NCBI GenBank assembly: GCA_009692425.1
Contig: SHZF01000017.1
Location: 5,714 to 69,713 of the forward strand
Source of the DNA: Myxococcales bacterium
Lineage (GTDB): Bacteria > Myxococcota_A > UBA9042
Direction: 5' to 3'
Length of the DNA: 64,000 nucleotides
Below, in pieces: positions 1 through 8,553 of this stretch. The translations under genes were made by a program, and so were the position numbers. Position 1 is the stretch's first letter. Every line of letters begins with the position of its first letter. The notes under the pieces are model-generated. The model had not been told where the DNA came from. It made no database searches and saw only the letters and a program-made list of their open reading frames with translations.

Positions 1-687
1 CCGGTTGCGCAGGAGGTCCTGGATTTCGTGCTGGGTCCCGCAGGCCACGAGGCGACCGCGAAACAGCAGCACGAGCCACGAGGCGACGGCCTCGACCTCC
101 TCGAGGATGTGGCTCGACAACACGACGCACGCTCCCCCCTGGACGGCCTCGTGCATCAGCGCGGCGACTTCGAGCCGCCACACGGGGTCGAGCCCGTTGA
201 GCGGCTCGTCGAGCAGGATGAGGTCGGCCGGCAGGGCGAACGCCTGCGCCAGTTTGACGCGCTGCCGCTGACCGCGCGACAGCGTGCCGAGCGGTGCATC
301 GGCCATCGTTGCCAGTCCGAGCCGATCGAGCGTGGCGCGCGCCCTTGCTTCGGCCGCGTGCGCTCCCAGGCCCGCACAACGCAGCAGGGCGGTGCAGAAT
401 TGGGCTGCCGTGTCGCGGCGCGGCAGTTGGTCCCCGTCCGACACGAAGGCGATGCGGTTCGCGAGCCGCACATCGTGGCGCTGCACGCCAGTGCCCCACG
501 CCACCTGGCCTGAGCGCGGCAGCAGCAACCCGGCGGCGACGTGGAGGAAAGTTGTCTTGCCGGCGCCGTTCGGCCCCAGCAGCCCGACGAGCCCGGGCTC
601 GAGGTGCACCGTCACGTCGAGCAGGCCGACGCGCGACCCGTACATGCGGGTGACGCGCTCGAATGTGAGGGAGGTGGGGGCAGTCAT
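1..687 (-). CDS. ABC transporter ATP-binding protein (partial; C-terminus lies beyond window start)
   Basis: Reverse-complement translation from CAT at 685-687 reads MTAPTSLTFERVTRMYGSRVGLLDVTVHLEPGLVGLLGPNGAGKTTFLH (Walker A), later LSRGQRQRV (signature-like) and LILLDEPLNGLD (Walker B). It is absent from the ORF track only because it runs off the window edge. Confidence 0.8.
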   Translation of the reverse strand, partial: MTAPTSLTFERVTRMYGSRVGLLDVTVHLEPGLVGLLGPNGAGKTTFLHVAAGLLLPRSGQVAWGTGVQRHDVRLANRIAFVSDGDQLPRRDTAAQFCTALLRCAGLGAHAAEARARATLDRLGLATMADAPLGTLSRGQRQRVKLAQAFALPADLILLDEPLNGLDPVWRLEVAALMHEAVQGGACVVLSSHILEEVEAVASWLVLLFRGRLVACGTQHEIQDLLRNR

Positions 688-702
688 GGCGGGTGGTTCT
701 CG

Positions 703-1728
703 TCAGGCGCTGCGGCTGCGGCCGAGCGGGGGCGCAGCCAGAAAGCGCTGGAGTAGAGTCCATGCGCCGGCGGCGAGTGCGACCCAGAGTGCGGCGCCAA
801 ACAGCGCGTCGAGGCGGGCGGCGCGTGGCAGGGATTCCGGCTGAAAGGGTGCAGACAGCAACACGAAGAAGCTGCCGAGGGCGTGGTGCAGGTCGAGCGC
901 GCGCGCCGCCGAATCGCGCCCCCACGCGCGCTGCAGCACCCACGACACGGCGACGCTGCCGAGAATCGTACCGCCGAACACGAGCGGGGCCGTGCCGGGT
1001 CCGCGCGCGATGACGCCGGCGGCCAACGCGACCAGGCTGGCGGCGCCCGCGGCGATGACCGTGGCGACCGCGCCCGCAACGAAGGTGCCTAGCCACAGCA
1101 GCGGCGCCTTCCAGCCCACCAGGGTCGTGCCCCCGAGTTCGGTGCCGAGGAAGAGCGCGTGGGCCGCCAACAACAGCGTGAACGGCACCAGCAAGGCGCC
1201 AGCGCACAGGCTCGCCGCCGCACCCCAGCGCGCCAGTCCGTAGTGGCCGCGCTCGACGGGCCTGCTGAAATACAGCAGCAGCGCGCCACTGGCGGCGTCG
1301 CGGGCAATGACGGCGGCGACCTTGCCGGCAAGCAGGAGCAGCAACCAAGCGTGCAGCGCCGTGAGCAGCCAGCCGAGGTTCGTGAACAGGAACGCGGTCT
1401 GCTCCGGCGCCTTGACGGTGATCTGTTCGATCTTGGCGCGCGCCAGCACGTAGATCGAGAGGCCCGCCGCCGGCGCGAAGAATGCCGCAAAGGCGGCCTT
1501 GGCCAGCAGGCCGCGCGTCAGATCGCGCAGGAACACGCCAACCAACGCAGCGAGGCGGCGCGCGGCGGGCACGACGGCTCCTTCGTAACGCGAAAACCCG
1601 CCCGGCTTGAGCACGGCGCGACCCGCGCTCGCTCCGGCATCCGTGCGCGCGGTGGGGCCCGGCAGAGCCGCTCCCGCAGGCCCGGAAGCCGCAGCGCGCG
1701 CCGACGCAGCCGGGGAAGTCAGGGTCAT
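703..1728 (-). CDS. ABC-2 type transporter permease (multi-TM membrane protein)
   Basis: 341-aa ORF with several hydrophobic helices (LLLLLAGKVAAVIA, LLVPFTLLLAAHALFL, WLGTFVAGAVATVIAAGAASLVALAAGVI). It sits between two ABC ATPase genes, and its start overlaps the stop of the upstream ATPase. Confidence 0.6.
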   Translation of the reverse strand: MTLTSPAASARAAASGPAGAALPGPTARTDAGASAGRAVLKPGGFSRYEGAVVPAARRLAALVGVFLRDLTRGLLAKAAFAAFFAPAAGLSIYVLARAKIEQITVKAPEQTAFLFTNLGWLLTALHAWLLLLLAGKVAAVIARDAASGALLLYFSRPVERGHYGLARWGAAASLCAGALLVPFTLLLAAHALFLGTELGGTTLVGWKAPLLWLGTFVAGAVATVIAAGAASLVALAAGVIARGPGTAPLVFGGTILGSVAVSWVLQRAWGRDSAARALDLHHALGSFFVLLSAPFQPESLPRAARLDALFGAALWVALAAGAWTLLQRFLAAPPLGRSRSA

Positions 1729-2741
1729 CGCGACGCCTCCGCCTGGGTGCCGACCTTGCGCAGCGGGTCATCGATGTGCAGGTGGCGGACGAAGGCGTGC
1801 GCCATGTCTTCTTCGGCCCGGCCGAATCCCGCGATGCCGGTGCCGCACGCCGCGGCGATGCGCCAGAACTGGGCGAGGTCGGCTTCGTCGAGGTGGACCG
1901 TCAAGTCGGCACCGATCGGGTCGGAGCGGACGCCTCCTTCGCGCAGCGCCGCCGCGAGGCCGTCGCGGTCGCCGTGGACGCGAACGCGCCAGGCGGGCCC
2001 CGAAGCACCTTGCCGGAAGCGCTCGATGGGCCCCACGAAGCCGAGTTGACCCTTGGACAGCAGGACCACGTGGTCGGCCACCGCCTCGACATCGGCCAGT
2101 ACGTGAGTGGACAACAGCACGGAAGTGCCCGAACGCCCGATTTCGGCCACCAGTTCGAGCATCTGGGCGCGCCCCTCCGGGTCGAGGCCAGCGGTCGGTT
2201 CGTCGAGCAGCAGCAGTTGCGGACCGTGAACGAACGCCATCGCCATGCGTGCGCGCTGCCGCATGCCCAAGGAGTAGCCTGCGGCCGGGCGGTAGCGGGT
2301 CTCGCGCACGCCGGCCAGGTCGAGCGCCTCGTGGGCGCGCGCGGTCGCGTCCACCCGCGGCAGCCCGCACAGGTTGGCGGCGTGGACGACCTGTTCGATG
2401 CCCGTGAGTTCAGGGAACAGGCAGTCGTCCTCCGGCATGAAGCCGACGAGGGCGCGCACGGCCAGCGCAGCGTCCGGCATCGGTCGGCCCAGCACCCAGA
2501 CTTCGCCTTCGTCGGCCGGTTCGAGCCCGAGCAGCAGGCGGAAAAGTGTCGACTTGCCCGACCCGTTCGGCCCCAGCACGCCGGTCACGCCGGCCGGCAG
2601 CGCGAGGTCGAGGCCACGCAGGGCACGCGTCTCGCCGTACGACTTCGTCACCCCGCGCAACACGGCCACGCCTGCGTGCGACGCAAGGCCAGTCGGTGGC
2701 GCGTCGGGCAGGCGCAGGGCGGTGTCTCGGGCAGCCGACAT
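1725..2741 (-). CDS. ABC transporter ATP-binding protein
   Basis: From the internal Met (MSAARDTALRL...) the ORF has GPNGSGKST (Walker A), a YSLGMRQRA signature and LLLLDEPTAGLD (Walker B). The upstream 157 aa of the 495-aa ORF are low-complexity and overlap the plus-strand lipoprotein gene, so I chose start 2741. Confidence 0.8.
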   Translation of the reverse strand: MSAARDTALRLPDAPPTGLASHAGVAVLRGVTKSYGETRALRGLDLALPAGVTGVLGPNGSGKSTLFRLLLGLEPADEGEVWVLGRPMPDAALAVRALVGFMPEDDCLFPELTGIEQVVHAANLCGLPRVDATARAHEALDLAGVRETRYRPAAGYSLGMRQRARMAMAFVHGPQLLLLDEPTAGLDPEGRAQMLELVAEIGRSGTSVLLSTHVLADVEAVADHVVLLSKGQLGFVGPIERFRQGASGPAWRVRVHGDRDGLAAALREGGVRSDPIGADLTVHLDEADLAQFWRIAAACGTGIAGFGRAEEDMAHAFVRHLHIDDPLRKVGTQAEASR

Positions 2742-2790
2742 GAGCACGCAGTGTGGCACGCACGACCGGATGCGGCTAGGCTGCGCCCGC

Positions 2791-3585
2791 ATGGACCGCA
2801 CCCCAGTTGCCGCCTCGCTCTTCTTGCTGCGCGCCGTTGCGCCGCTGGGAGCCATTTTGGCTTGTGCCGACCCGCCCGCAGCGCCGCCGCCTGTGCCCCT
2901 CGACGCCAAGACCGACGTGACACCGGCGCGGACGTTCGGCGCACGCTGTGGGTCCGACTCGCCGTGCGCGGCGGGGCTGACGTGCCAGGACAGCGAGTTT
3001 GCCCCGTTTCCCTGGTGCGCGCGGGCGTGCCCGATCGAGCGCGTCAAGGACCACTGCGACGCGATCGCCGGCGAGCCGCCAGGCTTCTGCGTGCAGATGC
3101 CCAAGGGTTGGCGAGGGCCCGCAGACCCGTTCTGCGTACCGGAGTGCGCCAACCTCGCCCAATGCCAGGGCCACGCGCCGGGTTGGGAGGAGTGCGACAA
3201 GCTCAAGTACAAGAAATCCCCGCTGTATGGCGACTTGCCGACGCGCGTTTGCCAGGCCCCGTCGGCGCACGGCCAGATTCACGTCGACCCCGCAACTTGC
3301 GAGTGGGAGGCCCGCGTGACAGACCCAATGCTCCAATCGGCCAAAGGTCTGTGCAAGGCCTTCTGTCTGTTCAAGAAGGATTGCCAGTTGCGCCAGCCGG
3401 CCGAAACCGCGGCGTGCTGCGGCTGGACCTGTTTCCAGTGGTTGACGCCCGGCGCCAACGTCGACGCCCCGCGCGAGGCCGCGCTGAAGTGCCACATCAA
3501 GTCGTACAGCGCGAACACCCGCACGCCCAACGTTTGCACGGCGTGGAAAGACGACTGCAAGGGCATGCAATCCGTGCCGATGTAA
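2791..3585 (+). CDS. cysteine-rich secreted lipoprotein (about 26 Cys)
   Basis: ATG at 2791. Signal peptide with lipobox (LLRAVAPLGAILAC). The mature part is packed with Cys in spaced pairs (CARAC, CVPEC, CQGH, CCGWTC). There is no recognisable catalytic motif. Confidence 0.55.
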   Translation: MDRTPVAASLFLLRAVAPLGAILACADPPAAPPPVPLDAKTDVTPARTFGARCGSDSPCAAGLTCQDSEFAPFPWCARACPIERVKDHCDAIAGEPPGFCVQMPKGWRGPADPFCVPECANLAQCQGHAPGWEECDKLKYKKSPLYGDLPTRVCQAPSAHGQIHVDPATCEWEARVTDPMLQSAKGLCKAFCLFKKDCQLRQPAETAACCGWTCFQWLTPGANVDAPREAALKCHIKSYSANTRTPNVCTAWKDDCKGMQSVPM

Positions 3586-3699
3586 CCGTTTTTTTGCGAG
3601 CCTGTGCGACGCTGGCATCATGCAAGCGGCAGTGAATGTCGGCGCCGGGGCCGACGTTGCTGTCAGGACAGGGCGGCGACGCCTGCCGGGAGTCTGTTC

Positions 3700-4311
3700 A
3701 TGCGTACCCTTATCCTCTCCCTGAGTGCGCTCGCCACATTGCTTGTCGCCGCACCCGCGACCGCGCTGGACGTCTACATCAACGGCACGAAGGCAACCGG
3801 CCTCAAGAACGTCGACCTCGTCAACTGCCAGGTCCGTTTCGACGGCGATGGCAACCTCCACATCATCTCGCCCGGCTACACGATCCAGACCGACAAGGAC
3901 GGCGTTCCGCGCCTGGGCGGCGAGTCCGACCTCGTCGGTGTCAAGGATACGCTCGCCGGCAAGCTGAAGATGCGCTACGTGTTGGTGTATCGGCCGAATC
4001 CGAAAGTGAATTACCAGTTCGACGTATCCGTGAACAACAAGCCTTTCAAGAAGATCGGGCTCGACCAGGGGCCGTTCACGGTCGAGGTCACCCAAGATCT
4101 GCGACCGGGCGCGAACACGATCAAGGTCGTCGGCAAGCCGGGCGATGCGCCGCCGGCCGGCAACGAGACCGATGTCGCCACGCTGCAAATCTTTCGCGGC
4201 GAGGAGAAAGACGGCCGCTTCGTGGCCAAGCCGCCCGCCGTGTGGGAGTTCGCGCGCGCCGCCATCGACCGCACGGCGCTCGACCGGGCCTATTCCGTCG
4301 TCGCCGAGTAG
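3700..4311 (+). CDS. secreted hypothetical protein
   Basis: ATG at 3700 gives MRTLILSLSALATLLVAAPATA followed by an AxA-type cleavage site. The mature protein is beta-rich with no known motif. Confidence 0.55.
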   Translation: MRTLILSLSALATLLVAAPATALDVYINGTKATGLKNVDLVNCQVRFDGDGNLHIISPGYTIQTDKDGVPRLGGESDLVGVKDTLAGKLKMRYVLVYRPNPKVNYQFDVSVNNKPFKKIGLDQGPFTVEVTQDLRPGANTIKVVGKPGDAPPAGNETDVATLQIFRGEEKDGRFVAKPPAVWEFARAAIDRTALDRAYSVVAE

Positions 4312-4423
4312 CTCCGTGGCGAGCCAGCGCGCGCAAAGCGGTCAGCGGCCGGTCGACCTGCGGCGCGTGCTCGCGTGCGATGGTGTCACCGCATGGCTGT
4401 TCGGTGCGGGGCGCGTCGATGCA

Positions 4424-5614
4424 ATGGCGGTGGCGCCCGGCCATGAGCCGCTCTGGCAGCCCGGGGATTGGCTCGACCTCAGCGGAGGGCACCCGCGACG
4501 GTTGGGGCGCGCCCACGAGCCAAGGCAGTTTCCCCATCCAGACGGAGACTTCGCGCGGCTGAGCGCGGGCCATGGCCGGGCCTGGCTGGGCGTGCGCGCC
4601 CGCGCGGTGCTGCTGCGAGCCATCCGTGCATTCTTCGACCAGCGCGGCTTCGTCGAAGTGGATCCGCCGACGCTCGCGGCGTGTCCCGGCCTAGAACTGC
4701 ACTTGGACGCTGTGCGCGCCGAACTGCGCGAAGGCATGGGCGGTGCACCGGTGACGCGCTGGCTGACGACGAGCCCGGAGTATCACTGCAAGCGCCTGCT
4801 TTCGGCCGGCTTTTCTCGGATCTACAGCCTGGGACATGTGTTCCGTTCCGGCGAACGCGGCACCCACCACAATCCCGAGTTCTCCATGCTGGAGTGGTAC
4901 CGCGCCGGGGCGCCGTGGACCGCTATCGTGCGCGACACCCGTGCGCTCGTGCGTCACTGCGCGCGCCGGCTGGAAACGGCACCCGAACTCGCTGCACTGT
5001 GGCAGGTGCCCGCACGCCGGCCGCGCCTGGATGTCGAGGCTCCCTGGCAGCGCATGTCTGTGCGGGCGGCGCTGCGGGAGTTTGCCGGTTTCGACCCCGG
5101 GCGCATGGACGACGCCGGTTACGTGGAGCGGCGGGCGCGGACAGCAGGGCTCGAAGTGCGCGCAGGCGATGGGGTTCGCGACATCTTGACGCGGGCCCTG
5201 GCAGAGCGCGTCGAACCTGCGCTGGTGGCGCGCAGCGAGCCGCCTGAGTCGGCCGCACAGTTCGTGGTGCTTGCGCCATTCCCGGCGTGCATGGCGTCGC
5301 TGGCACGCACGGTGCCCGGGCGGCCGTGGCTGGCCGAGCGCTTTGAGGTCTATGCGGGCGGCGTCGAACTGGCGAACGGCTTCGGCGAACTCACCGACCC
5401 ACACGAGCAGCGCGCCCGCTTCGAGGCAGACCTGGCCGAACGCCGGCGCACGGGTCGCCCGGAATACCCGATCGACGACCGGTTCTTGCGCGCCCTGCAC
5501 GACGGCTGTCCGCAGGCAGCGGGCGTGGCCCTCGGCGTCGATCGCCTGTTGATGGCCTTGACGGGGCTCAACGACATTGCCGACGTGCTGCCGTTTCCGT
5601 TCGAGCTGGCGTAG
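4424..5614 (+). CDS. epmA: EF-P beta-lysyl ligase EpmA (class II LysRS paralog PoxA/GenX)
   Basis: Class II aaRS core motifs are present: SPEYHCKRLL, FRSGERGTHHNPEFSMLEWY, ERFEVYAGGVELANGFGEL, GVALGVDRLLM. The length and the absence of an anticodon-binding domain match the EpmA family. Start chosen at the first ATG after the upstream stop (MAVAPGHEPLWQP). Confidence 0.8.
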   Translation: MAVAPGHEPLWQPGDWLDLSGGHPRRLGRAHEPRQFPHPDGDFARLSAGHGRAWLGVRARAVLLRAIRAFFDQRGFVEVDPPTLAACPGLELHLDAVRAELREGMGGAPVTRWLTTSPEYHCKRLLSAGFSRIYSLGHVFRSGERGTHHNPEFSMLEWYRAGAPWTAIVRDTRALVRHCARRLETAPELAALWQVPARRPRLDVEAPWQRMSVRAALREFAGFDPGRMDDAGYVERRARTAGLEVRAGDGVRDILTRALAERVEPALVARSEPPESAAQFVVLAPFPACMASLARTVPGRPWLAERFEVYAGGVELANGFGELTDPHEQRARFEADLAERRRTGRPEYPIDDRFLRALHDGCPQAAGVALGVDRLLMALTGLNDIADVLPFPFELA

Positions 5615-5718
5615 CGCTCCCAGCCGCCCACCGGCCCATCCTGCGCTTGCCGCCCCACAGCCACTGGACTACCGTGTCCGCGCCTGCGGCTAGGACCGCG
5701 CGTGTGGAGGGCTTTTCC

Positions 5719-6693
5719 ATGCTCGACAACTTCGGTCCGCTCGTCGTCGGCGCGATCGGCCTCGGCTTCCTGCTCGGCTCGTTCGTGACGGTGCGGCAGG
5801 GCACGGTCGGCGTGGTCACCATGTTCGGCAAGTACCGGCGCGTGCTGCACGCAGGCCTGAACTTCAAGCTGCCGTGGCTCGAGGCCATCCAGTCGCGCAT
5901 CAGCGTGCAGAACCGCTCGGTGGAACTCGAATTCCAGGCGATCACCGTCGATCAGGCCCAGGTCGGGTTCAAGGCGATGCTGCTCTACTCGGTGCTCAAC
6001 CACGACGAAGAGACGATCAAGAACGTCGCCTTCAAGTTCATCGACGAGCGCAGCTTCATGCAGGCGCTGGTACGCACCGTCGAGGGCTCGGTGCGCTCGT
6101 TCGTCGCCACGAAGCGCCAGTCAGAAATCCTCAAGCTGCGCAAAGAGATCGTCGATGAGGTGAAGGACCAACTCGACGCCTCGTTGGAGACGTGGGGCTA
6201 CCACCTGATCGACCTGCAGATGAACGACATCTTCTTCGACCAGTCGATCATGGACTCGATGGCGCGCGTCGTCGCGTCGGCCAACCTGCGCGCTGCCGCG
6301 GAGAACGAAGGCCAGGCGCTGCTCATCACGAAGACCAAGCAGGCAGAGGCCGAGGGCCGCGCCATTCAGATCACGGCGGAGGCCCAGCGCGAGGCGAGCC
6401 GGATGCAGGGCCAGGGCGTCGCCCAGTTTCGCGAGGAGATGGCCAAGGGCGTGCGGCAGTCGATCGCGGAGATGACGTCGGCGGGGCTCGACCCGTCGTT
6501 CCTGCTGTTCTTCATGTGGACAGAGGCGCTCAAGCATGTCGCCGAAAACGGCAAGGGCAACATGATCTTCCTCGACGGCTCGGTCGAGGGGATGGAGCGC
6601 ACGCTGCGCGAGATGATGGGCGTGGCGCGTATGGACAAGGGCTTCGACCGCACCCAGGCGCTGGCGGTGGGGCGCAAGCCGCCGGCCCCGTGA
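5719..6693 (+). CDS. SPFH/band-7 (stomatin/prohibitin-like) membrane protein
   Basis: N-terminal TM segment (LVVGAIGLGFLLGSF), then GTVGVVTMFGKYRRVLHAGLNFKLPWLE, which is typical of a band-7 domain. The C-terminal half is coiled-coil rich. GGAGGG RBS 8 nt upstream of ATG 5719. Confidence 0.8.
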   Translation: MLDNFGPLVVGAIGLGFLLGSFVTVRQGTVGVVTMFGKYRRVLHAGLNFKLPWLEAIQSRISVQNRSVELEFQAITVDQAQVGFKAMLLYSVLNHDEETIKNVAFKFIDERSFMQALVRTVEGSVRSFVATKRQSEILKLRKEIVDEVKDQLDASLETWGYHLIDLQMNDIFFDQSIMDSMARVVASANLRAAAENEGQALLITKTKQAEAEGRAIQITAEAQREASRMQGQGVAQFREEMAKGVRQSIAEMTSAGLDPSFLLFFMWTEALKHVAENGKGNMIFLDGSVEGMERTLREMMGVARMDKGFDRTQALAVGRKPPAP

Positions 6694-6893
6694 CGAGCCA
6701 TTGCGCCTGATCACGCCGGGCATCTGCGCCAGAACGCCGCGGCCCGACTGGAACTCTGCACGGACATTCATTATCGTCAACTCGGCAGGGCGGACCCGCG
6801 CCGGCACGAACGCGCCAACCTGCCAAAACCGTTGCCAACCACGATCCGTTGCGCGACAACGCGGACGCTGCCGCCCGCAGACTGAGCCCCACC

Positions 6894-8546
6894 ATGGTTG
6901 AGCCCTCCGCCGACGACGATTTCGAGGCGCTGCTGCGCGAAGACGGCGGTCGCCCGATGGCCCGGGTCGAGACGGGGCAGGCCGTGCGCGGCCGCGTGCT
7001 GCACGTCGGCGACAAGCACGCGGTCCTCGATCTCGGCCACGGGCTCGAAGGGATGCTCGACCTCGGCGGCTTCGTCGACAAGGACGGCTCCGTGCGGATG
7101 CGCGTCGGCGACAGCATCGATGCGTTCGTGCAGCGGGCAGGCGGGCGCATGGTCCTGCTGACGCGCGCGCTCGGCCGTGGCCAGGCGTCGATGCAGGCGC
7201 TCCAGGAGGCGGCCGCAAGCGGGTTGCCCGTCGAGGGGACGGTCACAGCCACGAACAAGGGTGGCTATGCAGTCGATGTGTCTGGAGTTGCGTGCTTTTG
7301 TCCGCACGCCCAGATCGACCTGCGCCGCGTCGATGACCCGCTGCGCTTCGTCGGCCAACACTTGCGGTTTCGCGTCACCGAAGTGCGCGGTGGCCGCGAC
7401 GTCGTGTTGTCACGCCGCGCCCTGCTCGAGGCGGACAACGCGCGCAAGGCGGAACAGACGCGCCAGACCCTGGCGCCCGGCGTGCGGGTCTCTGGCACCG
7501 TGACGGCCGTGCGCGACTTTGGCGCCTTCGTCGATGTCGGCGGGCTGGAAGGCTTTGTACCGGCGAGCGAACTGGCGTGGGGGCGCAGGCGACCCGAAGA
7601 CGTCGTCGGCGCGGGCGATGTGGTCGAAGTCGAGGTCATGCGCATCGAGAGCGGCGTGCGCGGCGAGCGCGTCGTCCTGTCGTTGAAGGCTTCGTCGCAG
7701 GATCCCTTCCAGGCGATTGCGGCGGCGCTGGAGCCGGGGGTGGTGCTCGACGGGACGGTGACGCGCGTAGAGGCATTCGGGGCATTCGTCGAACTCGTCC
7801 CGGGCGTCGAAGGGCTCGTGCATGTCAGCGCATTTGGCCGCCGCATCGGCAAGCCCGCCGACGTCGCACAGCCCGGGCTTGCCGCCATCGTGAAGGTCGA
7901 CGGCGTGGACCCCGTGCAGCGCCGCGTAAGTCTTTTCTGGGTCGAGCGCGATCAGTTGGATGCGGTGCTGGACCCCGACGCGCGCGGCCCCGACGCGCGC
8001 GGCGGTTTGCGGGTGCGCGGCCGGGCCCGACCTCCGGCGCCCGACCCGCGTGGCCCGCGACTGCGCACCGAGCGCGACACCGACGCCGAAGGGACGGCAC
8101 AAGCCGCGGCCCGCCTCGCCGCGGCACCGCGCGTGCCGATGCAGGACGCGCCCAAGCTGGCACCCGGCATACTGCTCGAAGTGACGGTCGACAAGGTGGA
8201 GCCGTTTGGCGCGTTCGTGGCGTGGCCGGGGGGCCGCGGGCTCGTGCCGGTCGCCGAACTCGGGCTGCCGCACGGTACCGATGCGCGCCGCGCGGTTCCC
8301 GTAGGCACCGTGTTCAAAGCGGCAGTGCTTGAGGTGCGTCCTGACGGCAAGGTGCGCCTGTCGAAGCGTGCGGCGGTCGACGCCGAGGAACGCGCCGAGG
8401 CCCAAGCTTGGCTCACGCAGGCCGCGAACTCGTCCAGGGCGGGGTCGGGAGTTCCGGGCTCTGGTGTCGGCACGCTGGGCGAAGCGCTGCTGCAGAAATT
8501 TGGTCCGGGGGGCTTCAAACCAGTTGGCCGCGTCGGTCGGCGCTGA
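6894..8546 (+). CDS. S1 RNA-binding domain protein (multiple S1 repeats, RpsA-like)
   Basis: Repeated S1-like blocks (GxVxGxVtxVxdFGAFVdlgGveGlvhvSe...) occur at least four times, for example GTVTAVRDFGAFVDVGGLEGFVPASEL and GTVTRVEAFGAFVELVPGVEGLVHVSAF. Confidence 0.7.
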   Translation: MVEPSADDDFEALLREDGGRPMARVETGQAVRGRVLHVGDKHAVLDLGHGLEGMLDLGGFVDKDGSVRMRVGDSIDAFVQRAGGRMVLLTRALGRGQASMQALQEAAASGLPVEGTVTATNKGGYAVDVSGVACFCPHAQIDLRRVDDPLRFVGQHLRFRVTEVRGGRDVVLSRRALLEADNARKAEQTRQTLAPGVRVSGTVTAVRDFGAFVDVGGLEGFVPASELAWGRRRPEDVVGAGDVVEVEVMRIESGVRGERVVLSLKASSQDPFQAIAAALEPGVVLDGTVTRVEAFGAFVELVPGVEGLVHVSAFGRRIGKPADVAQPGLAAIVKVDGVDPVQRRVSLFWVERDQLDAVLDPDARGPDARGGLRVRGRARPPAPDPRGPRLRTERDTDAEGTAQAAARLAAAPRVPMQDAPKLAPGILLEVTVDKVEPFGAFVAWPGGRGLVPVAELGLPHGTDARRAVPVGTVFKAAVLEVRPDGKVRLSKRAAVDAEERAEAQAWLTQAANSSRAGSGVPGSGVGTLGEALLQKFGPGGFKPVGRVGRR

Positions 8547-8553
8547 CGGAACG

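Noticed and set aside
1776-3635. 619-aa plus-strand ORF over the ABC ATPase and Cys-rich lipoprotein region
   Set aside because: It overlaps the Walker-motif-bearing minus-strand ATPase in antisense and has a low-complexity translation. The real plus-strand gene in this area is the separate 2791-3585 frame.
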